Source: Botryllus schlosseri (Eukaryota). Taken from it: a DNA stretch of 64,000 nucleotides. Within the stretch, counting starts at the first letter, position 1. Every line of letters begins with the position of its first letter. Below the pieces are notes generated by a model. The model had not been told where the DNA came from. It did no database searches and worked only from the letters and a program-made list of their open reading frames with translations. Both the position numbers and the translations under genes were made by a program. Location of the stretch: NCBI GenBank assembly GCA_051294905.1, contig CM119372.1, forward strand, positions 33,668,001 to 33,732,000, written 5' to 3'. This document shows positions 50,801 through 62,455 of this stretch, one piece after another.

Positions 50801-53654
50801 CACAAAAATAATCAACTTCACTCGATATTCCCGTACTACGAAACTGTACAAAGGTTACATGTTTTTGTATGACATGGAATTAATACCGATCGAAGTAACC
50901 GTATTGGAGATAACTTTTAAACAAACACACTCTACGTGGTTAACATTCTCGTCGATTCTATTGTGATTAATGTATACTTCATGTGATCTGGATTCATTTC
51001 GATATGGCTAATCATTCAACCTCGACGGATACGAATTGTCACACACTCAAGTAATATCATACCAAATAGTTATTTACAAGACACAGAAAATTTGTTTTGG
51101 TCGTTTCGACTTTATTACTGGAGATACTCATCACTTCGCTTAATACAATCTAGATTTAAACTCCATCGAACCTTTGGTGTCTATCGTTTTGCTGGATACG
51201 AGTTATGTTAGTCTAAGAGTACACAATTTTCACTCTCTTGGATTATGGACTCAATGTGTTAGCGCACATTCAATATTTTGTTGTATCAACTAGTTACTTT
51301 GTAGGATACGAATGATCATCCTCACAACTCTTACAAAAGTACGAAGGATATTTACATCACACAAAGTAATCGACTTTACTCGATATCCTCACACTACGAA
51401 ACTGAATGGTTGGTTTGACTCTACAAACTGTTCTGATGCCACAAGAACTTTTTCATACGAATGGTTACGTATCTAAATATTCAAATAATCCAACACACGA
51501 CTATAGCACTTACAAAAATATCATAGTTCTTGTAACAAAGTTGTATAAGTATAATGTTTATCGTAAGTCCTACATAGCCATGATATCCGTCCGAGTTTGA
51601 CTTTTAGAAAACATTATACCGACATCGCGACATCTTTCAAAATTAAAACCACGGTGACTGCTTCAGAGATCTACCAATGATATTGCAGTAATACAGTTAC
51701 TTCCACAAAAGAGTATGTATTCGACTTACTTACCACAAATCTAACGCACAAAACAATTTACTTTACTAACGAGAAGCACCGAGCCTCACATCAAAACAAC
51801 TAGAAAGTGGAACTATATTAAAAAACGTCGCTAACCTTTGTGGACCAGCTGTAAATCACACAAGCAACATGTTTCAAGATTCTGGTTATTGAAAAACGTT
51901 AAAGTGTTTCTCCTGCACCAAGTCGTTATGTTGACGAAAGCGTATATTGTAATACCATGATCGATTTGCATTCGTTGGTCACAAACTGTCACTACTCTAA
52001 ATAATTATTTTTCACTCAAACACAAAAGCATACTTGTCGCCAATCGTTTTCATCAAGCACGAGTTCAAGAAGCTTACTTACTACGACATGAATTGCTATT
52101 TTTATGTTGTGTAAATAGGTAATAATTTATTTTAGTAACACTACATCAGCATCATCGAGTTGTGCGAATAGATTTACATGTGGTTTTAATCGAAGTACAC
52201 AGCACGGTCTAATGTAGATTCATCTCTATTGTACAGCAACTCGGTAATCGAAATGCATTAACATTTAAACAACGATCTTGGTTCGTCACGCGAAAAATAT
52301 CTTTACTGTCGCAACACTCTGATACTCTGCACAAGATGTGTAAATCCTTTTCACACTCATAATAATACACTAACGGGATAGCGATGTCAAGCAACAACGT
52401 TTAACAACATCACTGACACTGAACATACGATACCTACCCAAGTAAAAATATCATTTTCACCAGGAGGTCAGTCGTTACTTGTGTACAATTACCATTTTCC
52501 CTTGGGAGTTTAGCGTTACCCGAGTAACAAAACCATTTTCACTTGGAAATATATGTTTTCCCTCAACAACAAACGTTTTTCACTTGGAAATATATTTTTT
52601 CCCTGGGTAACAAACCCCTTTTCACTTGGAAATATATTTTTGCCCTGGATAACAAACCTTTTTCACTTGGAAATATATTTTTTCTCTTGGTAACAAACCT
52701 TTTTCACTTGGAAATATATTTTTACCCGATCAACAAACCTTTTTCACTTGGAAATATATTTTTTCCCCGAGCAACAAACCATTTTCACTGAGCAACAAAC
52801 CCTTTTCTCCCCAGGCAACAAACCCTTTTCGTTTGGAAAACTATCATCTACCTGAGTACCAATACCGTTTGCACTTGGAAATCTATCTTTTCTCTGGGTA
52901 ACAATACCATTTTCGTTTTGAAAACTGACAACCACACCCGACAATTTGATATTTTTGTATATTGTTACAACGGGCAGTGACAAAATATACACCAACAACG
53001 ACTCCGATACATTTGTGCAATCGCATATTTACTTGTGTTGGTGCATCCCATCATCGGTTACCCTCATGCAATGTGCTCTTGTATATCGAAATGTATGTTT
53101 GGGAAATTGGAGAATAGGTTTCGATAGGTCTGTGATGTCCGGGTTCGTGCTTTGGATTTTCCAGAGTCAAAATGTCTGAATAAAACACCTCCTCGACGAT
53201 GGTTGGTATGTGGATAACGGTGTTCGGAAAACGGTTGGATTTATGTCACCCATCGCGATAACAATTCCAGGTCGAGTTTTCCCCGCATGTTTACTATATT
53301 GTGTCTTTATTGATCAATGTATGTCTCAACATTCAGTTTGAAATCGGAAACTCTGATAAAGTATGTAACCGGATCCGGATATCAACTCTGAATCGATAAA
53401 CCAATGAACAATATTCAAAGTAAACATGTTACACCCTGTGTTTCCACGAAAAAATACCATCCAGACATACGTCGCGCTTGTTTGCCCACACCAGTATACG
53501 CGTAAATGGAGGTGTGTGACATTGCATGCAATGTGTTGGTATACAAACATCGATCCACAGACATTATCATAGCCGGTAATTTTGATGCAGATCGAATGTC
53601 ATCAAGCACACCCGATAACAATACCAATAAGCCACATTGCAATGACTCTGAGTC
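47796..53654 (+). repeat. Left arm of giant palindrome
   Basis: Reverse complement of 54581-60476; mirrored ORFs in the track (e.g. 49280/58700, 48590/59456, 53326/54685). Confidence 0.97.
52455..52925. repeat. ~41-bp minisatellite (TTTTCACTTGGAAATATATTTT...AACAAACC), mirrored at ~55310-55785
   Basis: ACTTGG recurs at 52541, 52582, 52624, 52665, 52706 and 52746. Confidence 0.85.
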
Positions 53655-54032
53655 CGCGCTATGACATCGATATTTCGACGCCGTTCACTGATTTATTCGA
53701 TGGTGTTATCGTGTTGTAACATTACAAGATAGTCATGACTCTATCTGCAGACGGACCACCCAGACCAATTGGACACATCGATCAATGTGTTGTCGACACC
53801 GAAGTTTTCTGCTGAGACTGCAGCGTTTGACCAATGTGAACTATCGAAGTACGGGTGCTCGAAATGATTGCGATCAGTCTTTCAGTCACGATGCATGGAT
53901 ATCGCTACTCCCACATAATGACTCCAAATAAATATCGTGAACAGTGATTCTGCAAATCTCGGACTGATACTGTGATCCAATAAGGTGTGTTTCTGTGGAA
54001 TGAAGACTGCAATCGTACACCACAATAGAACA

Positions 54033-54831
54033 CTACCTCGTGATTTCACACGCAAGCATATTACACACTTTCGTAAGGGTCCAGTTCGTCCGGTTTCGAA
54101 ACGGTCATCGCCACAAGAGATCGAGGTTGGTCTCGTCATATCGGAGCATTTTGAAACTGTCATCACCACAAGGTTATTGACGTTGGTTTCAGTTGGTCAT
54201 GTCAATCCGTTTCACAATCCACCGTTTTTCAACTCCCCGCACCATAGTGTTACGACACAGACAAGAAGCGTCGGTGGAAATAATAAAACACGGAAGGGAC
54301 ACTTTGGTGTTATTTGACATGGACTTTACACCTGACGAACCTTACATTCGAGCGATGCATTGGAATGCCGCTTGTATTATTGACGTAGAAGGAACAGAAA
54401 TGTATCGATTTATTGGTTTCGTACATATCCAACGAAAATCTGGGTATATGATTGTGCATGGCTCGCATATTCGACTGTGAACGCTCTATTGATATATGCT
54501 GTACAGTTCACTTTCGCCGTCGTGCGAATAACCCATGTTACGGTTCCATGTTTGTGCGTCTGTATGTCATGCTTCAGATTGACTCAGAGTCATTGCAATG
54601 TGGCTTATTGGTATTGTTATCGGGTGTGTTTGATGACATTCGATCTGCATCAAAATTACCGGCTATGATAATGTCTGTGGATCGATGTTTGTATACCAAC
54701 ACATTGCATGCAATGTCACACACCTCCATTTACGCGTATACTGGTGTGGGCAAACAAGCGCGACGTATGTCTGGATGGTATTTTTTCGTGGAAACACAGG
54801 GTGTAACATGTTTACTTTGAATATTGTTCAT
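54033..54831 (-). pseudogene. Possible decayed Polinton minor capsid (penton) gene
   Basis: Frameshifted pieces VTPCVSTKKYHPD...CLPTPVY, KWRC, LCRNTMVRGVEK and ETGRTGPLRKCVICLRVK recall penton motifs (S..YHP.N...LP....W.C/V; CD.C....VG...; ...C.LH.R). By-eye only. Confidence 0.4.
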
Positions 54832-57800
54832 TGGTTTATCGATTCAGAGTTGATATCCGGATCCGGTTACATACTTTATCAGAGTTTCCGATTTCAAACT
54901 GAATGTTGAGACATACATTGATCAATAAAGACACAATATAGTAAACATGCGGGGAAAACTCGACCTGGAATTGTTATCGCGATGGGTGACATAAATCCAA
55001 CCGTTTTCCGAACACCGTTATCCACATACCAACCATCGTCGAGGAGGTGTTTTATTCAGACATTTTGACTCTGGAAAATCCAAAGCACGAACCCGGACAT
55101 CACAGACCTATCGAAACCTATTGTCCAATTTCCCAAACATACATTTCGATATACAAGAGCACATTGCATGAGGGTAACCGATGATGGGATGCACCAACAC
55201 AAGTAAATATGCGATTGCACAAATGTATCGGAGTCGTTGTTGGTGTATATTTTGTCACTGCCCGTTGTAACAATATACAAAAATAACAAATTGTCGGGTG
55301 TGGTTGTCAGTTTTCAAAACGAAAATGGTATTGTTACCCAGAGAAAAGATAGATTTCCAAGTGCAAACGGTATTGGTACTCAGGTAGATGATAGTTTTCC
55401 AAACGAAAAGGGTTTGTTGCCTGGGGAGAAAAGGGTTTGTTGCTCAGTGAAAATGGTTTGTTGCTCGGGGAAAAATATATTCCCAAGTGAAAAAGGTTTG
55501 TTACCCAGAGAAAAAATATATTTCCAAGTGAAAAAGGTTTGTTACCAAGAGAAAAAATATATTTCCAAGTGAAAAAGGTTTGTTATCCAGGGTAAAAATA
55601 TATTTCCAAGTGAAAAGGGGTTTGTTACCCAGGGAAAAAATATATTTCCAAGTGAAAAACGTTTGTTGTTGAGGGAAAACATATATTTCCAAGTGAAAAT
55701 GGTTTTGTTACTCGGGTAACGCTAAACTCCCAAGGGAAAATGGTAATTGTACACAAGTAACGACTGACCTCCTGGTGAAAATGATATTTTTACTTGGGTA
55801 GGTATCGTATGTTCAGTGTCAGTGATGTTGTTAAACGTTGTTGCTTGACATCGCTATCCCGTTAGTGTATTATTATGAGTGTGAAAAGGATTTACACATC
55901 TTGTGCAGAGTATCAGAGTGTTGCGACAGTAAAGATATTTTTCGCGTGACGAACCAAGATCGTTGTTGAAATGTTAATGCATTTCGATTACCGAGTTGCT
56001 GTACAATAGAGATGAATCTACATTAGACCGTGCTGTGTACTTCGATTAAAACCACATGTAAATCTATTCGCACAACTCGATGATGCTGATGTAGTGTTAC
56101 TAAAATAAATTATTACCTATTTACACAACATAAAAATAGCAATTCATGTCGTAGTAAGTAAGCTTCTTGAACTCGTGCTTGATGAAAACGATTGGCGACA
56201 AGTATGCTTTTGTGTTTGAGTGAAAAATAATTATTTAGAGTAGTGACAGTTTGTGACCAACGAATGCAAATCGATCATGGTATTACAATATACGCTTTCG
56301 TCAACATAACGACTTGGTGCAGGAGAAACACTTTAACGTTTTTCAATAACCAGAATCTTGAAACATGTTGCTTGTGTGATTTACAGCTGGTGCACAAAGG
56401 TTAGCGACGTTTTTTAATATAGTTCCACTTTCTAGTTGTTTTGATGTGAGGCTCGGTGCTTCTCGTTAGTAAAGTAAATTGTTTTGTGCGTTAGATTTGT
56501 GGTAAGTAAGTCGAATACATACTCTTTTGTGGAAGTAACTGTATTACTGCAATATCATTGGTAGATCTCTGAAGCAGTCACCGTGGTTTTAATTTTGAAA
56601 GATGTCGCGATGTCGGTATAATGTTTTCTAAAAGTCAAACTCGGACGGATATCATGGCTATGTAGGACTTACGATAAACATTATACTTATACAACTTTGT
56701 TACAAGAACTATGATATTTCTGTAAGTGCTATAGTCGTGTGTTGGATTATTTGAATATTTAGATACGTAACCATTCGTATGAAAAAGTTCTTGTGGCATC
56801 AGAACAGTTTGTAGAGTCAAACCAACCATTCAGTTTCGTAGTGTGAGGATATCGAGTAAAGTCGATTACTTTGTGTGATGTAAATATCCTTCGTACTTTT
56901 GTAAGAGTTGTGAGGATGATCATTCGTATCCTACAAAGTAAGTAGTTGATACAACAAAATATTGAATGTGCGCTAACACATTGAGTCCATAATCCAAGAG
57001 AGTGAAAATTGTGTACCCTTAGACTAACATAACTCGTATCCAGCAAAACGATAGACACCAAAGGTTCGATGGAGTTTCAATCTAGATTGTATTAAGCGAA
57101 GTGATGAGTATATCCAGTAATAAAGTCGAAACGACCAAAACAAATTTTCTGTGTCTTGTAAATAACTATTTGGTATGATATTACTTGAGTGTGTGACAAT
57201 TCGTATCCGTCGAGGTTGAATGTTTAGCCATATCGAAATGAATCCAGATAACATGAAGTATACATTAATCACAATAGAATCGACGAGAATGTTAACCACG
57301 TAGAGTGTGTTTGTTTAAAAGTTATCTCCAATACGGTTACTTCGATCGGTATTAATTCCATGTCATACAAAAACATGTAACCTTTGTACAGTTTCGTAGT
57401 ACGGGAATATCGAGTGAAGTTGATTATTTTTGTGTGACGAAAATATCTTGTATTGATATTGGACACTGGTTTCGTTACCCAAGTGAGTGAAAATTGTTCT
57501 TGGCTGGACAGATATGATTAGTATTTAGAAAAAACGACTCACACCGATTAAGCGACGCTGTTTCCTATCCAATGACTGAGTGAAATTTCTCAGGGGTTTG
57601 ATTTACCGAGTTAATTGTCGGCGATTCAATCACATACAAGTATATGGTCTTTTAGTGACTGATTATTGTGACGACATTTACTTTGACGAATGGCAATGGA
57701 AAAATGTCCAATTTCTCTGATCGTGTGCGTTGCACAAATAGTTCTAGTATGTAATCAGTGAACGTCATGTAAATTGACAACGACTCTCAGTAGTTTGGTT

Positions 57801-60476
57801 AGATGATGGAGGTTCAAATCGATATCGCTACTACGAACAGCAATACAAACACATTTTTGTAGATTTCAGTGTAGCGCACATTTCGATTTTATTAATGCTG
57901 AGAGGTTTCTGTATTACTCAAGTATAGTTGAATAGGTGGGGCCTGGCAAACATATTCCAATTTACTTTTGTAATGATCAAAGTGAGTGTGAAATGATGCG
58001 AACGGCTTAAGCATTAATCAAATGGTGGTATGTCAATTCACCTAGTGTGATATCTTGACACCAGGTAATGCGCGAAAGTGTTTCAATTCTCACCGACAAT
58101 AAAGTATTGTACCGGTTATTGTTCAACAAAGGAAATTGTTGTTTCATCTTTAGTCTTGTTTACTGCAGACAATTACATTTGTAAAATATTTCCTGATATC
58201 CACAATACTCTGCGTGGTTTGTACCAAGGCTGAATAATTTTCCAATCGAGAACATTTTAGACACACATAGTTTACAACTCAATATGTTAATAACAATGGT
58301 ACTGAAAAGTTTGTTGCTGTCACAATAATCTTTACCACAACGCCGGGTCTAATTAACGCAAATAATTTAATAGTCAAGTCATGATCAACTATTACATATG
58401 TCAAATCAATGTGTCAATCCTTATGTTTACATCATGATAATTTTCAATATAACACCTGCGTTCGATTGTAAGAAATGAATTCTCAACATGTTGGGCAGAC
58501 ATTCAAATCTCGCATACTCAAACATATTATGTTAATCTCAAGTCGCGGGCACCGAGAAGTAATTACTTTTATCTTACAAAATATACCGCATAGTAATTTC
58601 TTTGTCTTACAGAATAGTAACGACTTTTCAAGTTGAATAAAAAAGACATGTAGGGATATGAATACAAACAGGCTTGTTATGGATTTTAGGTTTTAGTGCT
58701 TGTATGGATTCCTGTATGTTTGGCTGTGTTTCATGTTGATACTGTTGAGTTGGTCGGTTAACGGATTTACTTGCCAATGTTTTCGTGGTTGGTTCTTTGA
58801 ATATGGTAAGATGGTCAGATGTCGAGACGTAATACTATTTCCGTTAACTCAATTACAACAAAACATAACCAGCATTCAAATAATCCGTAAGCTACAAGTG
58901 GATTTAAAACTTGATGCTGTTTTGTGGTTAACTCAAGTCAGTGGTCATATTTGTGTTGATTTCAGGAATGATCATGACGAGTTGGTCGGGTAAATTAGTG
59001 GTAGTAACTATGACCGTACAGAGCTGCTGACATTCAAACATCTTTTACGCTGTAATATACGTATTTTATTGTGATAAATTATTTCTCAGTTATTGTTCAG
59101 ACATTCAAATCTCGTATACTCAAAATATAATATGTTTATGTCAAGTCATTTATGTGTCGATTAGTAAATAGCTTACTTTGTCTTCAGAATAGTAACGACC
59201 TTTACAATTGAATAAAAAAGACCGATCATATGAATACAACCAGAATGAATTAATTCAAATTTGTGAGTTGCAGTGGTATAATCAAGTAAGTGAAAACTAG
59301 ATTTTGAACACTTGTTAATGTTGTAAATAATTCTTTTGAGTATGGTAAGATGTTAAAACTGTCGCTTTGACAAACGAAAAGTCGGATCGCGAATAGAGTT
59401 GCAATGTTCCATTACTTGTTTCGAATCAATGTGCGTATAATATCAATATGGGACTGTGGGAAAGTTGATAGCCATGTTTGTCAATCCTATTTCAATTCAC
59501 ACTACACCAAAGTCAAAATATTTCGTTTCGGATTATCTCAATTTACCTAGTACATCCCGCGAATGGATTCCGACCCATGCTATAACTAGATCGCTATGTC
59601 TGATGCATTATCCCGTCAGCGACGTAGGGTTTTACAATTATTTCACACCTTTTCGAATAAGCGTCAACTTCGCAAAGGATTAGGGGGGGATCAGAAATAA
59701 GTGAGAATTTGTCGGTATTCGAATCATCGTCTGTGACGGCTCTGTTATTCGTCACTTATTAAATTTTACCAGTGAAATCCAGTTCCGTGACATACTGATT
59801 ATCAAAATATTACATTGTGGCGATTGGAATGTATGTAACAACAAGTTGCGAGGGATGGCTATGTCTTAGGTGTTATCTCGTGAGCGATCGTGGGATTTGC
59901 AACCTATTTCGCACCTTTTTGAAGTGTTAGTTTGTGAACGCGGCTATTGTCGGTATCGCCGTCTACGCGGGTTCTGTGGTAAACTAATTACCAAAATATT
60001 ACATTGTCAACGATCGGCATGTATGTAACAGCGAGTCGCGAGCGATGGTTATGTCTTAGGTATTATCTTGTGAGCGATCGCGGGATTTTACCAATATTTC
60101 ACACCTTTTTGGAGTGTTAGTTTGTGAACGCGGCTATTGTTGCTATTCGAACCGCCGTCTACGCCGGCTCCGTGGTAAACTAATTACCAAGCGACTGATT
60201 CCTAGATTTAGCAAACTATTTCACACCCTTTTTGGTGAAAGTACGACACGCCGCTAGCATTCTATCAACGAAAGTACGAATCATCGCCGCGTCCATAAGA
60301 ATAACGATATATCATTGTCGTACTCGCCGTAATTTGGAATATACACATTAACTAAGGACCAATCACATGACTATTTACTTGATACATATTCAACATCGGG
60401 CGAGAGATGTCTATACCCGAAAGGGCGATTCACGGCCGCACCCATAAGACACAATAGCCGCATGCCAGCCCCGCCA
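54581..60476 (-). repeat. Right arm of giant palindrome
   Basis: Near-identical to the left arm apart from scattered SNPs and a 39-nt block at 57988-58026. Confidence 0.97.
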
Positions 60477-60932
60477 GGCGTTACAAAGTTTATAGTGTTT
60501 TGGGCGATTCCCCTTGTCTCACCCTCACCCGCACGCAAGGATGTGAAGCATTACCCTGTGAGTGGCCGTAGGATTTTAAAATTAATTCACACCTTTTCGA
60601 ATAAGCGTTCACATCCTTGCGTGCGGTTGAGGGTGAGACAAGGGGAATCGCCCAAAACACTGTGAACTTTGTAACGCCTCTCTGTAATAAAATATGTTCA
60701 CTACGAAACGATGTGTTTTGGGGGATTCCCCTTGTCTCACCCTCACCCGCACGCAAGGATGTGAACGCTTATTCGAAAAGGTGTGAATTAATTTTAAAAT
60801 CCTACGGCCACTCACAGGGTAATGCTTCACATCCTTGCGTGCGGGTGAGGGTGAGACAAGGGGAATCGCCCAAAACACTGTAAACTTTGTAACGCCTCTC
60901 TGTAATAAAATATGTTCACTACGAAACGATGT
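60476..60932. repeat. Hairpin cluster: 72-bp stems around a 60-bp core present in both orientations
   Basis: Stem 60476-60547 / 60608-60679, core 60548-60607, inverted core 60766-60825; tandem period 218 bp. Confidence 0.9.
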
Positions 60933-60940
60933 GTTTAGGG

Positions 60941-61260
60941 CAGTGGTTCTCAACCTTTTTTCAGACACGCCCCCCTTCATTATAGTGAAAAATGTCGCGC
61001 CCCCTTATCGTCATATCACAAAATCCAACCGGGATGCTAACAACCCCAACAGATTGTTTGATGGCATGGAAGATTATGACTGTTGATGAAAGAATTAAAA
61101 AATATGAAATTCGGTAAATATATATGGAGAAACACGCGTGAATTGGAGGTAAATCGCGCAGAGAATGTAATTTTTTTTTCAGTTTTCCGCTTCTTCGCGC
61201 CCCCTTCATATGCTTTCACGCCCCCCAAGGGGGGCGCGCCCCCCAGGTTGAGAACCACTG
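60941..61260. mobile_element. hAT MITE inserted in the Polinton right end
   Basis: CAGTGGTTCTCAACC/GGTTGAGAACCACTG; perfect TSD GTTTAGGG. Confidence 0.88.
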
Positions 61261-62144
61261 GTTTAGGGGGATTCCCCTTGTCTCACCCTCACCCGCACGC
61301 AAGGATGTGAAGCATTACCCTGTGAGTGTCGTAGGATTTTAAAATGATATCACACCCTTTTGAATAAGCGTTCACTTCACAAAGGATTGGGGTTAGAGCG
61401 GAAATAAGTGACAATTTGTCGCTATTCAAGTTACCGACACTGGCGGTCTGTTATTCGTTACTTGTTAAATCTTACCAGCGATATCAAGTTCTGTGTCAAA
61501 CTGCTTGCGAAAATTTCACCGCGTGAGCGATCGGTATGGTTATGACACCAAGTCGCTAAAGATGGTTATGTCCGAGACATTATCTTGTCAGCGATCGCGG
61601 GGTTTTGCAAACTATTTCACACCTTTTTGGAGTGTTAATTTGTGACCGTTGTTATTGTTGGTATTCGAATCACCGTCTACGACGGTTCCGTGGTAAACCA
61701 AGCGACTGATTCCTAGATTTAGCAAACTATTTCACACCTTTTTTGGTGAAAGTACGACATGTCGCCCGCAGTCTATACCGAAAGTACGAATCACGACCGC
61801 ACCCATAAGACGCAATAGCCGCATGCGAGCGCCGCCGTAAGAAATAAGAGCCGCTCGTCACCCCCGCCATAAGACGCAATAGCCGCATGCCACCCCCGCC
61901 ATAAGACAAAAGAGCCGCTTGCCACCCCGGGTTTCCCAGCCGCTTGCGACCCCCGCCATAAGAATAACGATATATTATTGTCGTACTCACCGTAAACGTT
62001 GGGATTAACTCGAATCGGTCATATTTAATAATTTGTAATACACACATTAACTAAGAATCAATCACGTGACTATTTACTATTCCTGATACTTCTTCAACAC
62101 AGCGCGAGAGTTGACTATACCCGAAAGTACGAATTACCACCACG

Positions 62145-62455
62145 GCACCGGTTGAGTGATCCCTATACCGAATAGTGTTACCGGTCGAGAGATGGCTATG
62201 CTAGCACCGGTTGAGTGATCCCTATACCGAAAAGGGTCACCGGTTCAAGACGAGTTTCGAGGCACCGGTTGAGTGATCCCTATACCGAAAAGGGTTACCG
62301 GTTCAAGACGAGTTTCGAGGCACCGGTCGAGTGATCCCTATACCGAAAAGGGTTACCGGTCGAGAGATGCCTATACCAACCCAGGCACCGGTCGGGTGGA
62401 AGGGGGGTCTGAAAGGGTCACCGGTTCAGGACGAGTTTCGCGGCACCGGTCGGGT
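62145..62455. repeat. 58-59-bp tandem repeat in the Polinton right terminus, about 5 copies
   Basis: GCACCGGT.GAGTGATCCCTATACCGAA at 62145, 62204, 62262 and 62320; only one inverted copy on the left (~47620-47655). Confidence 0.85.

Noticed and set aside
52455..52925. Regularly spaced ~41-bp repeats as a CRISPR array
   Set aside because: The intervening parts are similar to each other rather than unique spacers; no cas genes; eukaryotic context. The same applies to 62145-62455 and 47505-47835.
47796..60476. Palindrome as a pure sequencing or assembly foldback artefact
   Set aside because: The arms differ by SNPs and a 38-bp net indel, have a unique spacer, and lie inside an element with a matching TSD. 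Not fully excluded without reads.
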